From Anaerocolumna sp. (GTDB lineage: Bacteria > Bacillota > Clostridia > Lachnospirales > Lachnospiraceae), in contig JARBTX010000002.1 in NCBI GenBank assembly GCA_029239975.1, positions 2,482 to 66,481 on the forward strand: a DNA stretch of 64,000 bases. Direction: 5' to 3'. Both the position numbers and the translations under genes were made by a program. The notes beneath the pieces are model-generated. The model saw only the letters and a list, made by a program, of their open reading frames with translations. It was not told the origin of the DNA and did not search any database. Shown piece after piece: positions 29,618 to 39,152 of this stretch; the stretch's first letter is position 1; each line of letters begins with the position of its first letter.

Positions 29618-30097
29618 ATGACCAAAGATTTAATCCAATCATATGCAACAAGGGTAGCGGGGGCGTCCAGATCTGAATTAATTGTCATTATGTATGAAAT
29701 TATTCTATCCGATATTGATTCTGCTAAAAAAGCGTTTGATTTAAACGAAATGGATATTTATACGAAAGATTTAAAGCATGCGGGACGGTTTTTAAATGAA
29801 CTGATGGGTTCTTTAGATTATAGATATGAAATATCTTTTGAACTAATGAGTTTATATATCTATGTGAATAAACTAATTATAAATGCTGTTTATAAAAAAG
29901 ACCCAAAAATCTTAGAAACTGCGGAATCTATACTATTAAAGTTAAAGTACAGTTTCGAAGGAGTAAGTAAAACAGATAATTCAGGGCCTGTAATGCAAAA
30001 TACGCAACAAGTTTATGCAGGTTTAACCTATGGAAAAGGTACACTAAATGAAGTGACCTTTGATCCTAATTTGTATAATAGAGGGTTTAAAGCGTAA
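29618..30097 (+). CDS. fliS: Flagellar chaperone FliS-like
   Basis: ASRSELIVIMYE, ELMGSLD..YEIS.EL.SLY.Y; follows flagellin. Confidence 0.85.
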   Translation: MTKDLIQSYATRVAGASRSELIVIMYEIILSDIDSAKKAFDLNEMDIYTKDLKHAGRFLNELMGSLDYRYEISFELMSLYIYVNKLIINAVYKKDPKILETAESILLKLKYSFEGVSKTDNSGPVMQNTQQVYAGLTYGKGTLNEVTFDPNLYNRGFKA

Positions 30098-30173
30098 TGT
30101 AAAAGTTTATTGTTAATGCTTAATTTATGTATATCATAAAAAATTACAAATAAATTAGTAAATTACAAAAGTT

Positions 30174-30257
30174 AAAAGAGTTTTCAATTTGCATTACAGA
30201 ATGTAAGTAAAATATAAAATTAAACTTACATTACTGAATGCATATGAAAACTCTTTT
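30174..30257. terminator. Long imperfect hairpin, likely bidirectional terminator
   Basis: aaaagagttttca..tgcatt..aatgtaagt / acttacatt..aatgca..tgaaaactctttt. Confidence 0.7.
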
Positions 30258-30378
30258 ATCTTTGACTCTGTGCCAAGTGTTGAGGTGTGATTCCTGCAAT
30301 CAAGCTTTAATATTGGATGCAGGGCTCTTTATATATCTTTTGAAATAAGGCACAAATATAAGAAATTACTATAATTTA

Positions 30379-30486
30379 AGAAAATAGGTGCATATTAATT
30401 CAGATGGCGAAGACCGGCTGAAAGCAGTGTATTTTACTGCTTGAAGGAAAGGCGAGTCCAGATGAATTAATATGCACCTATTTTCT
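30379..30486 (+). repeat. 108-bp structured element with perfect 24-bp terminal inverted repeat (repeat family B)
   Basis: agaaaataggtgcatattaattca / tgaattaatatgcacctattttct enclosing GC-richer nested stems. Confidence 0.8.
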
Positions 30487-30542
30487 GTATATTTTAAACG
30501 AATGATAACTGAGCCATTTAATAAATATTAAAGTTAGTGACT

Positions 30543-31544
30543 TTATTCTCTATTTTTACAAAAACTTGTAGAATCTCTTTGAATAAATTTTGCACGCAAT
30601 AACAGTTTACTAATGGTTACATTATGAATTAAACCATCTAATAGTAAAAATGCACTTTTTCCTAAATCGATTCTATCCTGTCTTATTGTAGTTAAGGAAG
30701 GAGATAATTGTGAAGCAATTGGTAAATCGTCAAATCCAATAACACTAATATCTTCTGGTACTCTAAGTCCATGTTTTAAAACCTCAATGATTACACCAGA
30801 AGCAATTAAGTCACTGGCACAGATAATTGCTGTAGCGCCATTTTGTAAGAACGTTGGTACATGATATTTTGCACAATCAGGTACATAGTAACCATATTCT
30901 ATTAATTCTTCATGTGGAACTAATCCATGTTTGTTCATACTAGTAACAAAAGCTTGATAACGCTGCTCTGATACCATAGAGTTTTTTGAACCATTTAAGA
31001 AGGCAATACGGGTGTGTCCCATGCTTTTTAGATGGTCAACAGCCAAGTCAATACCTTCATAGCTATCAGTTCCAACATAACCAACATGATTATTTCTTTC
31101 GATGTAATTATCAAGTAGTACAGTTGGTACTGTTGTTTTATTTAATTGTTTTACCCAATCATCATGAAGCGTAAATCCTAACAAAAAAGCACCGCTGTAG
31201 CCATTCTTAAGCATATACGTATCATATTTTTCAGCAGTTTGCATATTAAGATTGGAAGGTACTACGGTTACATCCCAGTGCCTTCTTGCAGCAGAAAGTT
31301 TAAAACCAACGATAATCTCATAACCAAATTGATCTATATTTTCATAGTCCATATTCTCGATTAAAATACAAACCTTTCTTGTACCTGTGGTTTTCATTTT
31401 CTTGGATGCATAGCCCATCTCTACAGCAGTATCTAATACCAACTGTCTCATATCATCGCTAATATCACTAGCACCATTCAAACCTTTTGATACAGTACTA
31501 ACAGCTATACCAAGTTTATTGGCAATATCTTTAATCGTTGCCAT
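30543..31544 (-). CDS. LacI-family transcriptional regulator
   Basis: MATIKDIANKLGIAVSTVSKGLNG HTH; VPEDISVIGFDD. Confidence 0.96.
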   Translation of the reverse strand: MATIKDIANKLGIAVSTVSKGLNGASDISDDMRQLVLDTAVEMGYASKKMKTTGTRKVCILIENMDYENIDQFGYEIIVGFKLSAARRHWDVTVVPSNLNMQTAEKYDTYMLKNGYSGAFLLGFTLHDDWVKQLNKTTVPTVLLDNYIERNNHVGYVGTDSYEGIDLAVDHLKSMGHTRIAFLNGSKNSMVSEQRYQAFVTSMNKHGLVPHEELIEYGYYVPDCAKYHVPTFLQNGATAIICASDLIASGVIIEVLKHGLRVPEDISVIGFDDLPIASQLSPSLTTIRQDRIDLGKSAFLLLDGLIHNVTISKLLLRAKFIQRDSTSFCKNRE

Positions 31545-31764
31545 GGACGTTTCCTCCTTAAAGATTTCAGTTTAAGAGTTTTATAAAAAGTATAAATAAT
31601 CACCATAAGTATAACCTGTAACAATTATATTTTCAATATCTCTTTTATAATTTGCCTTTTAGCACAGTTTTACATTTGCACTATTCAGTAATTTTTGTAT
31701 ATTATGTCGGATAAAAATACATTTTACAATATGAATATAAAAATAAGAGAAAATACAATAGATA

Positions 31765-31776
31765 ATTTTCGAAAAT
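31765..31776. promoter_or_regulatory. Putative LacI-type operator (auxiliary)
   Basis: Palindrome attttcgaaaat with central CG. Confidence 0.45.
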
Positions 31777-31928
31777 ATCAAAAAAGGAGCATAAAAAACA
31801 AGTAATCTTGATGTTTTCAGGTACATGCAAATATAGTGCATTCTTATGTTAATTGTAAAACTTAACAAATAAACTTATAGTATTAACATATTTCATATAA
31901 ATTATTACTATAAGTTTCAAATATTATA

Positions 31929-31987
31929 TTGACAAATATGGTTAAGGATGATATTCTATGCATATAGTTTCGAAACTTCTCGAAAAC
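31929..31987 (+). promoter_or_regulatory. malQ operon promoter with LacI-type operator just downstream
   Basis: TTGACA(31929)-17-TATTCT(31952) with TGn; palindrome agtttcgaaact at 31966-31977 and half site cgaaaac. Confidence 0.65.
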
Positions 31988-32093
31988 ACTTATCATTACA
32001 TAAAACTGTGAGTTATTAATTTTGAATACATTTGGATAGAATATACTTAAACAAAATTATTAAACTAAATCTAACTTAAAGAGAGTATAAAAT

Positions 32094-33623
32094 ATGACAA
32101 CTCAGACGAAACAAAAACTAAAACGTGGAGCCGGAATATTGATGCCAATTAGTGCTCTTCCATCACCTTATGGGATTGGTACGTTAGGAGAACAAGGGTA
32201 TCGATTTGCAGATTTCTTAAAAAGAGTCGGATGTAGGTACTGGCAGGTACTTCCAGTAGGGCCTACAAGCTTTGGTGATAGCCCATATCAATCTTTTTCT
32301 GCATTTGCAGGAAATCCATATTTTATTGATTTAGATTATCTAATTGAAGAAGAATTATTGTTAGAAGATGATGTGAATCAATATAAGTGGAACACATCGG
32401 AAGATACGATTGAATACGCCACAATATATGAATATCGTTTTAAAGTTTTAAGAACTGCGTTTACTAGAAGTAATCATTATAAGAAAAAATCATACTTAGC
32501 ATTCTGTGAAGAGAATGATTATTGGCTTGATGATTATAGTTTTTATATGGCATTAAAATCTCATTTTAATAACCAGGAATGGTCAAGGTGGGATGATGAT
32601 ATTAAGTATCGCAAAAAAGATGCAGTGTCGAAGTACGAATCTTTATTAGAAGATGAAATAAACTTTTGGAAGTTTTGTCAATATAAGTTCAGACAACAGT
32701 GGGATGCCTTAAAAGAGTATACCAACAATCTTGGAATCCAAATCATAGGAGATATTCCTTTATATGTAGCACTAGATAGTGCAGATGTATGGGTTCATGG
32801 GGATTTGTTTGAATTAGATGAAAGAAAGAAACCAATTAACGTTGCTGGAGTTCCACCAGACGCATTTTCAGCAGATGGTCAAAGATGGGGAAACCCAATC
32901 TACCGCTGGGATGAGATGGAGAATAGAGACTTTGATTGGTGGAGAGAGAGAATGAAGGCAAGTGCTTCTCTCTATGATATTATTCGAATCGACCATTTTA
33001 TCGGTGTAGTAAATTATTATTCCATACCAGAAGAATGCCCAACAGCAATAATGGGGAGATGGAAGATAGGACCTGGAAGAAAACTTACAACAATTATTAA
33101 AGAGTCCATTGGTGACGCTAAAATAATAGCAGAAGATTTAGGAGTGCTTACACCTAATGTTAAGGAATTGATTATAGAAACTGGTTATCCAGGAATGAAA
33201 ATCATTGAGTTTGGTCTAGATGGTCCAGTGGAAAATGATTATCTGCCACACAATTATAATACTTCTAATATAGTAGCTTATACTGGAACCCACGATAATG
33301 AAACTTTAGTAGGTTTCTTAAAAGGTAAATCAGTAAGAACACTAAAACACCTTTGCAAATATTTTAATGTTTCAAAGGCAGAAGAACTTCCTGAAACAAT
33401 TATTCGTGCTTTGTATTCGTGTGTTGCGGATGTTGCTATCGTGCAAATGCAAGATTTATTAAAACTTGATAACAGTGCTAGAATGAACTTTCCATCAACA
33501 GTAGGTAACAATTGGAAATGGAGATTTACATTAGCCCAGTACGATAGAATTGACGAAGAAGATCTTTATGAAATGGCTTGTTTATATGGAAGGGCCCCTA
33601 AGATAGATGAAGATGAGTTGTAA
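32094..33623 (+). CDS. malQ: 4-alpha-glucanotransferase (GH77)
   Basis: SPYQSFSAFAGNPYFI, GVPPDAFS, RIDHFIG, IAEDLG, YTGTHDN. Confidence 0.96.
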   Translation: MTTQTKQKLKRGAGILMPISALPSPYGIGTLGEQGYRFADFLKRVGCRYWQVLPVGPTSFGDSPYQSFSAFAGNPYFIDLDYLIEEELLLEDDVNQYKWNTSEDTIEYATIYEYRFKVLRTAFTRSNHYKKKSYLAFCEENDYWLDDYSFYMALKSHFNNQEWSRWDDDIKYRKKDAVSKYESLLEDEINFWKFCQYKFRQQWDALKEYTNNLGIQIIGDIPLYVALDSADVWVHGDLFELDERKKPINVAGVPPDAFSADGQRWGNPIYRWDEMENRDFDWWRERMKASASLYDIIRIDHFIGVVNYYSIPEECPTAIMGRWKIGPGRKLTTIIKESIGDAKIIAEDLGVLTPNVKELIIETGYPGMKIIEFGLDGPVENDYLPHNYNTSNIVAYTGTHDNETLVGFLKGKSVRTLKHLCKYFNVSKAEELPETIIRALYSCVADVAIVQMQDLLKLDNSARMNFPSTVGNNWKWRFTLAQYDRIDEEDLYEMACLYGRAPKIDEDEL

Positions 33624-33658
33624 GGCGGCCTAGAACGTAATCACGTAGACTTGGCAGA

Positions 33659-36028
33659 ATGGAGGAATATATGGATAATAATTTTAAAGCAAACGTAATT
33701 GCTATACTTGATTTAGATTATGGCAAGACAATCAAAGATGCAAGTACTGTAGAGTTATATAATGCAGTTTCAAAAGCTGCTATGAAAACGTTAGGCAAAG
33801 ATTGGGGTTTGGAAGCGAATAATAAAAAGGTTTGCTACTTATCAGCAGAATTTTTAATAGGTCGCTTAATTTATTCAAATCTTTTAAATATGGGATTGTT
33901 TCATCAGTTCACAGAATTAATGAGTGAAAATAATTTAGACATCAGGGTATTTGAAGATATTGAAGATGCTGCACTTGGTAATGGTGGATTAGGAAGATTA
34001 GCAGCTTGTTTCTTAGATTCTGGTGCAACCGTTGGTGTAACTCTAAACGGTTATGGAATTCGTTACAAATATGGTATTTTTAAACAATATTTTGATAATG
34101 GATTTCAGATGGAAGAAGCAGATAATTGGACTAAGTTTGGTGATCCATGGTCTGTTCGTAAAGAAGATGAAAGAATACAAATAAATTTCAAAAATCAATC
34201 CGTTTATGCAGTGCCATATGATACACCTGTCATCGGATATGGTGGCAAGACTGTAAATACGCTTCGTTTATGGCAAGCAGAACCACTTGAAGTATTTGAT
34301 TTTGAATTATTTAATAATCAGCAATATGATAAAGCAGTAAAGGCACGAAATGAAGCAGAAGCAATCACTAGTGTGTTATATCCAAATGATTCCTTGGATT
34401 CTGGTAAGAAATTAAGATTAAAACAACAATATTTCTTCTCATCAGCATCTTTACAAGATGTAGTTAAGAAATATAAAGAAAAATACGGTAATGATTTTAA
34501 TCATTTCTCCAGTGAATATGCGATTCAATTAAATGATACACATCCAGTTGTTGCAATTCCTGAATTAATCCGTTTATTTATGGAGCAAGAAGGAATGACT
34601 TTTGCAAAAGCATTAAGAATTGCAAAAGAAACCTTTGCATATACCAATCACACAGTTATGGCAGAAGCTCTTGAAAAATGGAGTGTTCCATTATTTAAAG
34701 CAGTAATACCAAATGTTTATAAATATGTGGTTATGATTAATAAAGCTCTTGTAAAAGAATTAAAATCATTTGGTAAAGAAACAAACCAAGATCAAAAGCA
34801 ATATTTGATAATTGATGGGAATTTAATTCATATGGCAAGACTTGCAATCTTTGTAGGACATTCTACAAATGGTGTTGCAAAACTCCATACAGAAATCTTA
34901 AAGAATGATGCTCTTAACGAGTGGTATCAGTTATATCCTGAGCGTTTTAATAATAAAACCAATGGTATTACACAACGTAGATGGTTGGCATTAGCCAATA
35001 TGGAATTAGCAGGTTTTATCACTGACAAGGTTGGTAATTCATGGACAACTGATTTAGATAAATTAAAAGACTTAGAGAAATACAAAGATGATAAAAATGT
35101 CATCAAACAATTCGGTGATATTAAACGAATTAAGAAAAGACAATTAGCTGATTATATCTTAAAACAAGAAGGTATTACAGTGAATCCGGACTTTATATTC
35201 GATATACAAGTAAAAAGGCTTCATGAATATAAACGTCAATTACTAAACGCATTTTCAATTTTGGATATATATTATGGTCTAAAGGATGGAAGAATTAAGG
35301 AGTTTAATCCGACAGTATTTATTTTCGGTGCGAAAGCAGCTCCTGGATACTTTAGAGCAAAAGGAATCATTAAATACATCAATGAAATCGCTAAGATGAT
35401 TGATTCCGATAAGGATGTAAAAGATAAGATGCAGGTTGTATTTGTATCCAACTACAATGTATCTTATGCTGAAAAACTTACTCCAGCAGCTGATATTTCA
35501 GAGCAGATTTCAACAGCAGGAACCGAAGCAAGTGGAACAGGTAACATGAAGTTTATGTTAAATGGGGCTGTTACCCTAGGAACATTTGATGGTGCTAATG
35601 TGGAAATCGTAGAACAAGCTGGAGAAGAGAATAATTACATCTTTGGTGCCAGAGTTGAAGATATTGAGAAGATTAGTAAAACATACAATCCAAGAAAACT
35701 TTATGAAAGCAATCCGAGAATCAGAAAGGTTGTAGATACGTTAGTAGATGGAACCTTTGATGATAATGGAACGGGAATGTTTGAAGAATTGTACAATGCA
35801 ATACTTGAAGGGGCAAGCTGGCATCAACCGGATCATTATTATTTACTTGAAGATTTTATTCCTTATTGTGAAGCAAAATTACAAGTTAACCATGATTACT
35901 CTGATACGAATTCATTTAGAAGAAAATGTTTTATTAATACAGCAAATGCTGGTAAATTCTCAAGCGATAGAACCATCAGGGACTACGCAAAAGAAATATG
36001 GGGCTTAATGGGAGCTAATATGTACTAA
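33659..36028 (+). CDS. glgP: Glycogen/maltodextrin phosphorylase
   Basis: LGNGGLGRLAACFLDS, KRLHEYKRQ, EASGTGNMKFMLNG. Confidence 0.96.
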   Translation: MEEYMDNNFKANVIAILDLDYGKTIKDASTVELYNAVSKAAMKTLGKDWGLEANNKKVCYLSAEFLIGRLIYSNLLNMGLFHQFTELMSENNLDIRVFEDIEDAALGNGGLGRLAACFLDSGATVGVTLNGYGIRYKYGIFKQYFDNGFQMEEADNWTKFGDPWSVRKEDERIQINFKNQSVYAVPYDTPVIGYGGKTVNTLRLWQAEPLEVFDFELFNNQQYDKAVKARNEAEAITSVLYPNDSLDSGKKLRLKQQYFFSSASLQDVVKKYKEKYGNDFNHFSSEYAIQLNDTHPVVAIPELIRLFMEQEGMTFAKALRIAKETFAYTNHTVMAEALEKWSVPLFKAVIPNVYKYVVMINKALVKELKSFGKETNQDQKQYLIIDGNLIHMARLAIFVGHSTNGVAKLHTEILKNDALNEWYQLYPERFNNKTNGITQRRWLALANMELAGFITDKVGNSWTTDLDKLKDLEKYKDDKNVIKQFGDIKRIKKRQLADYILKQEGITVNPDFIFDIQVKRLHEYKRQLLNAFSILDIYYGLKDGRIKEFNPTVFIFGAKAAPGYFRAKGIIKYINEIAKMIDSDKDVKDKMQVVFVSNYNVSYAEKLTPAADISEQISTAGTEASGTGNMKFMLNGAVTLGTFDGANVEIVEQAGEENNYIFGARVEDIEKISKTYNPRKLYESNPRIRKVVDTLVDGTFDDNGTGMFEELYNAILEGASWHQPDHYYLLEDFIPYCEAKLQVNHDYSDTNSFRRKCFINTANAGKFSSDRTIRDYAKEIWGLMGANMY

Positions 36029-36062
36029 ACATATTATCAAAAAAAGGAAAGAGGTAGAGGAT

Positions 36063-37373
36063 ATGAAAAAAAGATCAAGACTTTTCGCGTTACTTATGGT
36101 AACAGTTATGGTGATGGTAAGCTTTGCAGCTTGCGGCAAAAAAGAAACAACAGATACTAGTAAAGACACTACAGAAACAACACAACCAACTGATGCAGCA
36201 GAAGCTACAACAGAACCAACAGAAGCACCTGTAGAAGTTACAGACGTAGCATTAAAGGTATGGGCACCACAAGAAGAACAAGAAATTTTAGCTCAGATGT
36301 GTGAAAACTTTAAAGCAGCTCATCCAGAATATAACTTAACATTTGAATATGGTGTTGTATCTGAAGCTGACGCTTCCACTGAATTACAAAAAGATCCTGC
36401 AGCAGGTGCTGACGTATTCGCTTTTGCATCTGACCAAACAGCAACTTTAGTAAATGCAGGAATTCTTTATCCTATAACATTAGATGCAGATGCTATTAAA
36501 GCAGCTAACTCAGAAGCATCTATTCAAGCAGCTACAGTAAATGGTCAATTATATGCAAATCCTTTTACTCCAAACTCTTGGTTTATGTACTATGATAAGA
36601 GCAAGTATACAGAAGAAGAAGTACTTTCTCTTGAAAAAATGATGGCAAAAGATTTAGGCGAAGGCGTTAAGAACTTCTCCGTAGATATTAACAATGGTTG
36701 GTATTTATCATCCTTCTTCTTTGCTGGTGGTTCTACATTATTTGGTGCTGATGGTACTGATCCAACATCTTGTACATTTAACGATGCAAACGGTGTTGCT
36801 GTAGGTAACTACTTAATCGACTTAGCAGCAAATCCAAAATTTATGGATGATGACAATGGTAACATCTTAACAGCTATGGAAGCTGGTACATTAGCAGCAG
36901 CTTGCTCTGGTACTTGGAATGCAGATGCAATCAAAAAAGCATTAGGTGATAACTATGCAGCTACTAAACTTCCAACAATCAACGTTGGTGGCCAAGACAA
37001 ACAATTAAGCAACTTTGCTGATTTTAAATTAATCGGTGTTAACTCTCAAACTAAGGCTCCTATTCCTGCTATGCAATTAGCAGCATACTTAGGTGGAGAA
37101 GAATGCCAAAAATTACGTTTTGACGTAAGAAGTATTGCTCCTACTAACTTAAACTTAGCTACAAACCCAGACGTACTTGCTAACCCAGCAGTAGCAGCAC
37201 TTAGCTTACAAACTACTCATTCTACATTACAATCAACTATTCCACAAATGGGTAACTACTGGACTCCAGCAGAAGCATTTGGTACTGAAATCCTTAATGG
37301 AACAGTAACTAAGGAAAATGTACAACAAAAATTAGATGATATGGTTACAAGTATCCTTTCAACTATTGGTTAA
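36063..37373 (+). CDS. Maltodextrin ABC transporter substrate-binding lipoprotein
   Basis: Lipobox FAACG, ADVFAFASDQ, IPQMGNYW; operon context. Confidence 0.92.
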   Translation: MKKRSRLFALLMVTVMVMVSFAACGKKETTDTSKDTTETTQPTDAAEATTEPTEAPVEVTDVALKVWAPQEEQEILAQMCENFKAAHPEYNLTFEYGVVSEADASTELQKDPAAGADVFAFASDQTATLVNAGILYPITLDADAIKAANSEASIQAATVNGQLYANPFTPNSWFMYYDKSKYTEEEVLSLEKMMAKDLGEGVKNFSVDINNGWYLSSFFFAGGSTLFGADGTDPTSCTFNDANGVAVGNYLIDLAANPKFMDDDNGNILTAMEAGTLAAACSGTWNADAIKKALGDNYAATKLPTINVGGQDKQLSNFADFKLIGVNSQTKAPIPAMQLAAYLGGEECQKLRFDVRSIAPTNLNLATNPDVLANPAVAALSLQTTHSTLQSTIPQMGNYWTPAEAFGTEILNGTVTKENVQQKLDDMVTSILSTIG

Positions 37374-37381
37374 AAAATTTC

Positions 37382-37519
37382 ATTGCGAAACAATGTAATT
37401 TATTGAATTCATCATAGGATTTATATGAATTTTCTAGCTTCAGTTGCCCAGAGGGCAAGATTCAGCTATAAAATTATATAAATCCCTTGATGAATAATGA
37501 AGCTTATGAGTTTCGCAAT
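37382..37519. repeat. 138-bp palindromic dispersed repeat (family A, copy 1)
   Basis: Ends attgcgaaac/gtttcgcaat; homologous to 62044-62182. Confidence 0.8.
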
Positions 37520-37612
37520 TGTTTCATTGGCTACTATAATTATTATAACATATAGCAATTAAGATAAAACTTAGTTGTTAATACGTTGAGACTGACATAA
37601 ACTAATACTAAC

Positions 37613-37692
37613 ACTTGCGAAAGAACAGGCTCGATATTTTCAAATTATTAGCTCTAATTTCGGAAAATATCGGACCTGTTTTAAGTGCAAGT
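37613..37692. other. Second long hairpin before the permease gene
   Basis: acttgc..aacagg..cgatattttc / gaaaatatcg..cctgtt..gcaagt. Confidence 0.65.
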
Positions 37693-37709
37693 AAGTAAAA
37701 CCTAATCTG

Positions 37710-39152
37710 ATGGAGGGCAATGGTGTGGAAAAAGAAAAAGTAAAATCGAAAAATAAATTTTTTCTATCATTTGCAAATGGAATGAAAGGGATTGGAAAAT
37801 GGTTTCTTACACTTGGTCTAACTTTTAAGAATGGCGATATCCTTACAAAATTATCATTCTTCATCATGGGCCTATCCAATCTTATTCGTGGACAAATTAT
37901 TAAAGGTTTGTTATTTTTATTTGTAGAAATTGCATTTGTATATTATATGATAATGAATGGTTTCACTGCACTAGCTGGTCTTAAGACACTAGGCACGAAA
38001 ACACAAGGAATGGTAATGGATGAATCACTTGGAATCTTTGTTGTACAAAAAGGTGATAATTCCATGTTAATATTACTTAGTGGTGTAGTTGCAATTTTCA
38101 TTTTAGCAATTTTCCTTTGTATCTGGAAAGCAAATACTACCGCTGCATACGAAGCTTGGTCACTCAAAGAACAAGGAAAACCACTTCCAAGTTTTATTGA
38201 TGATATTCGTACATATTTTGATTCAAAACTGAATAGAACATTAATGACATTTCCGTTAATTGGAATATTATTATTTACTGTTTTACCTTTATTCTTTATG
38301 ATCTTAATTGCATTTACCAATTATGATCATGATCATCAGCCACCAGGTAACTTATTTACTTGGATTGGTTTCGGTAACTTTAATAAGATTTTATTTTCTG
38401 GTGAAACCATTGCGAATACGTTCTGGCCAATCTTAGGTTGGACGTTTGTTTGGGCAATCTTTGCAACAGCAATGAATTACATTGGCGGTATTTTACTAGC
38501 TTTATTAATTAACCGTAAAGGAACAAGATGTAAAGGGTTATGGAGAACTATGTTTGTAATCTCTATCGCCGTACCACAATTCGTTTCCTTATTGGTTGTA
38601 AGAACTATGTTAAATGACACAGGTGCTATTAATATGCTATTACGTGACTTGGGATTAATCGGTAAAGATGCATTTTTACCTTTCCTATCAAATCCTACAT
38701 GGGCACGTGTAACAGTTATTATCGTTAATCTTTGGGTTGGTATCCCTTATACTATGTTAATCACAACAGGTATTTTATCTAATATACCGGCTGATCTTTA
38801 TGAATCAGCGAAAGTTGATGGTGCCAATGCATTTGTAACATTCTTTAAGATCACAATGCCTTATGTACTATTTGTAACAACACCATATTTGATCACTCAG
38901 TTTATTGGTAATATCAATAACTTTAATGTTATATATTTCTTAACCGGTGGTGGCCCTGTAAGCTTAGATTATTATCAAGCGGGTAAGACAGACCTGTTAG
39001 TTACCTGGTTGTATAAGTTAACTACAGGAACTATGAAGGACTATTCTTATGCTTCCACAATCGGTATTTTAGTGTTTATTATATCTGCAACGTTCTCCTT
39101 AATTACGTATAGAAGAACATCATCATATAACAGGGAGGAGGACTTCCAATAA
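37710..39152 (+). CDS. Maltodextrin ABC permease (MalF-like)
   Basis: Multiple TM segments, EAA loop LYESAKVDGA, NINNFNVIY. Confidence 0.93.
   Translation: MEGNGVEKEKVKSKNKFFLSFANGMKGIGKWFLTLGLTFKNGDILTKLSFFIMGLSNLIRGQIIKGLLFLFVEIAFVYYMIMNGFTALAGLKTLGTKTQGMVMDESLGIFVVQKGDNSMLILLSGVVAIFILAIFLCIWKANTTAAYEAWSLKEQGKPLPSFIDDIRTYFDSKLNRTLMTFPLIGILLFTVLPLFFMILIAFTNYDHDHQPPGNLFTWIGFGNFNKILFSGETIANTFWPILGWTFVWAIFATAMNYIGGILLALLINRKGTRCKGLWRTMFVISIAVPQFVSLLVVRTMLNDTGAINMLLRDLGLIGKDAFLPFLSNPTWARVTVIIVNLWVGIPYTMLITTGILSNIPADLYESAKVDGANAFVTFFKITMPYVLFVTTPYLITQFIGNINNFNVIYFLTGGGPVSLDYYQAGKTDLLVTWLYKLTTGTMKDYSYASTIGILVFIISATFSLITYRRTSSYNREEDFQ

Noticed and set aside
30415-30450. Hammerhead ribozyme core in the family B element (ctgaaag...gaaa)
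   Set aside because: Does not match CUGANGA, and the segment is better explained as a stem with tandem G-A pairs
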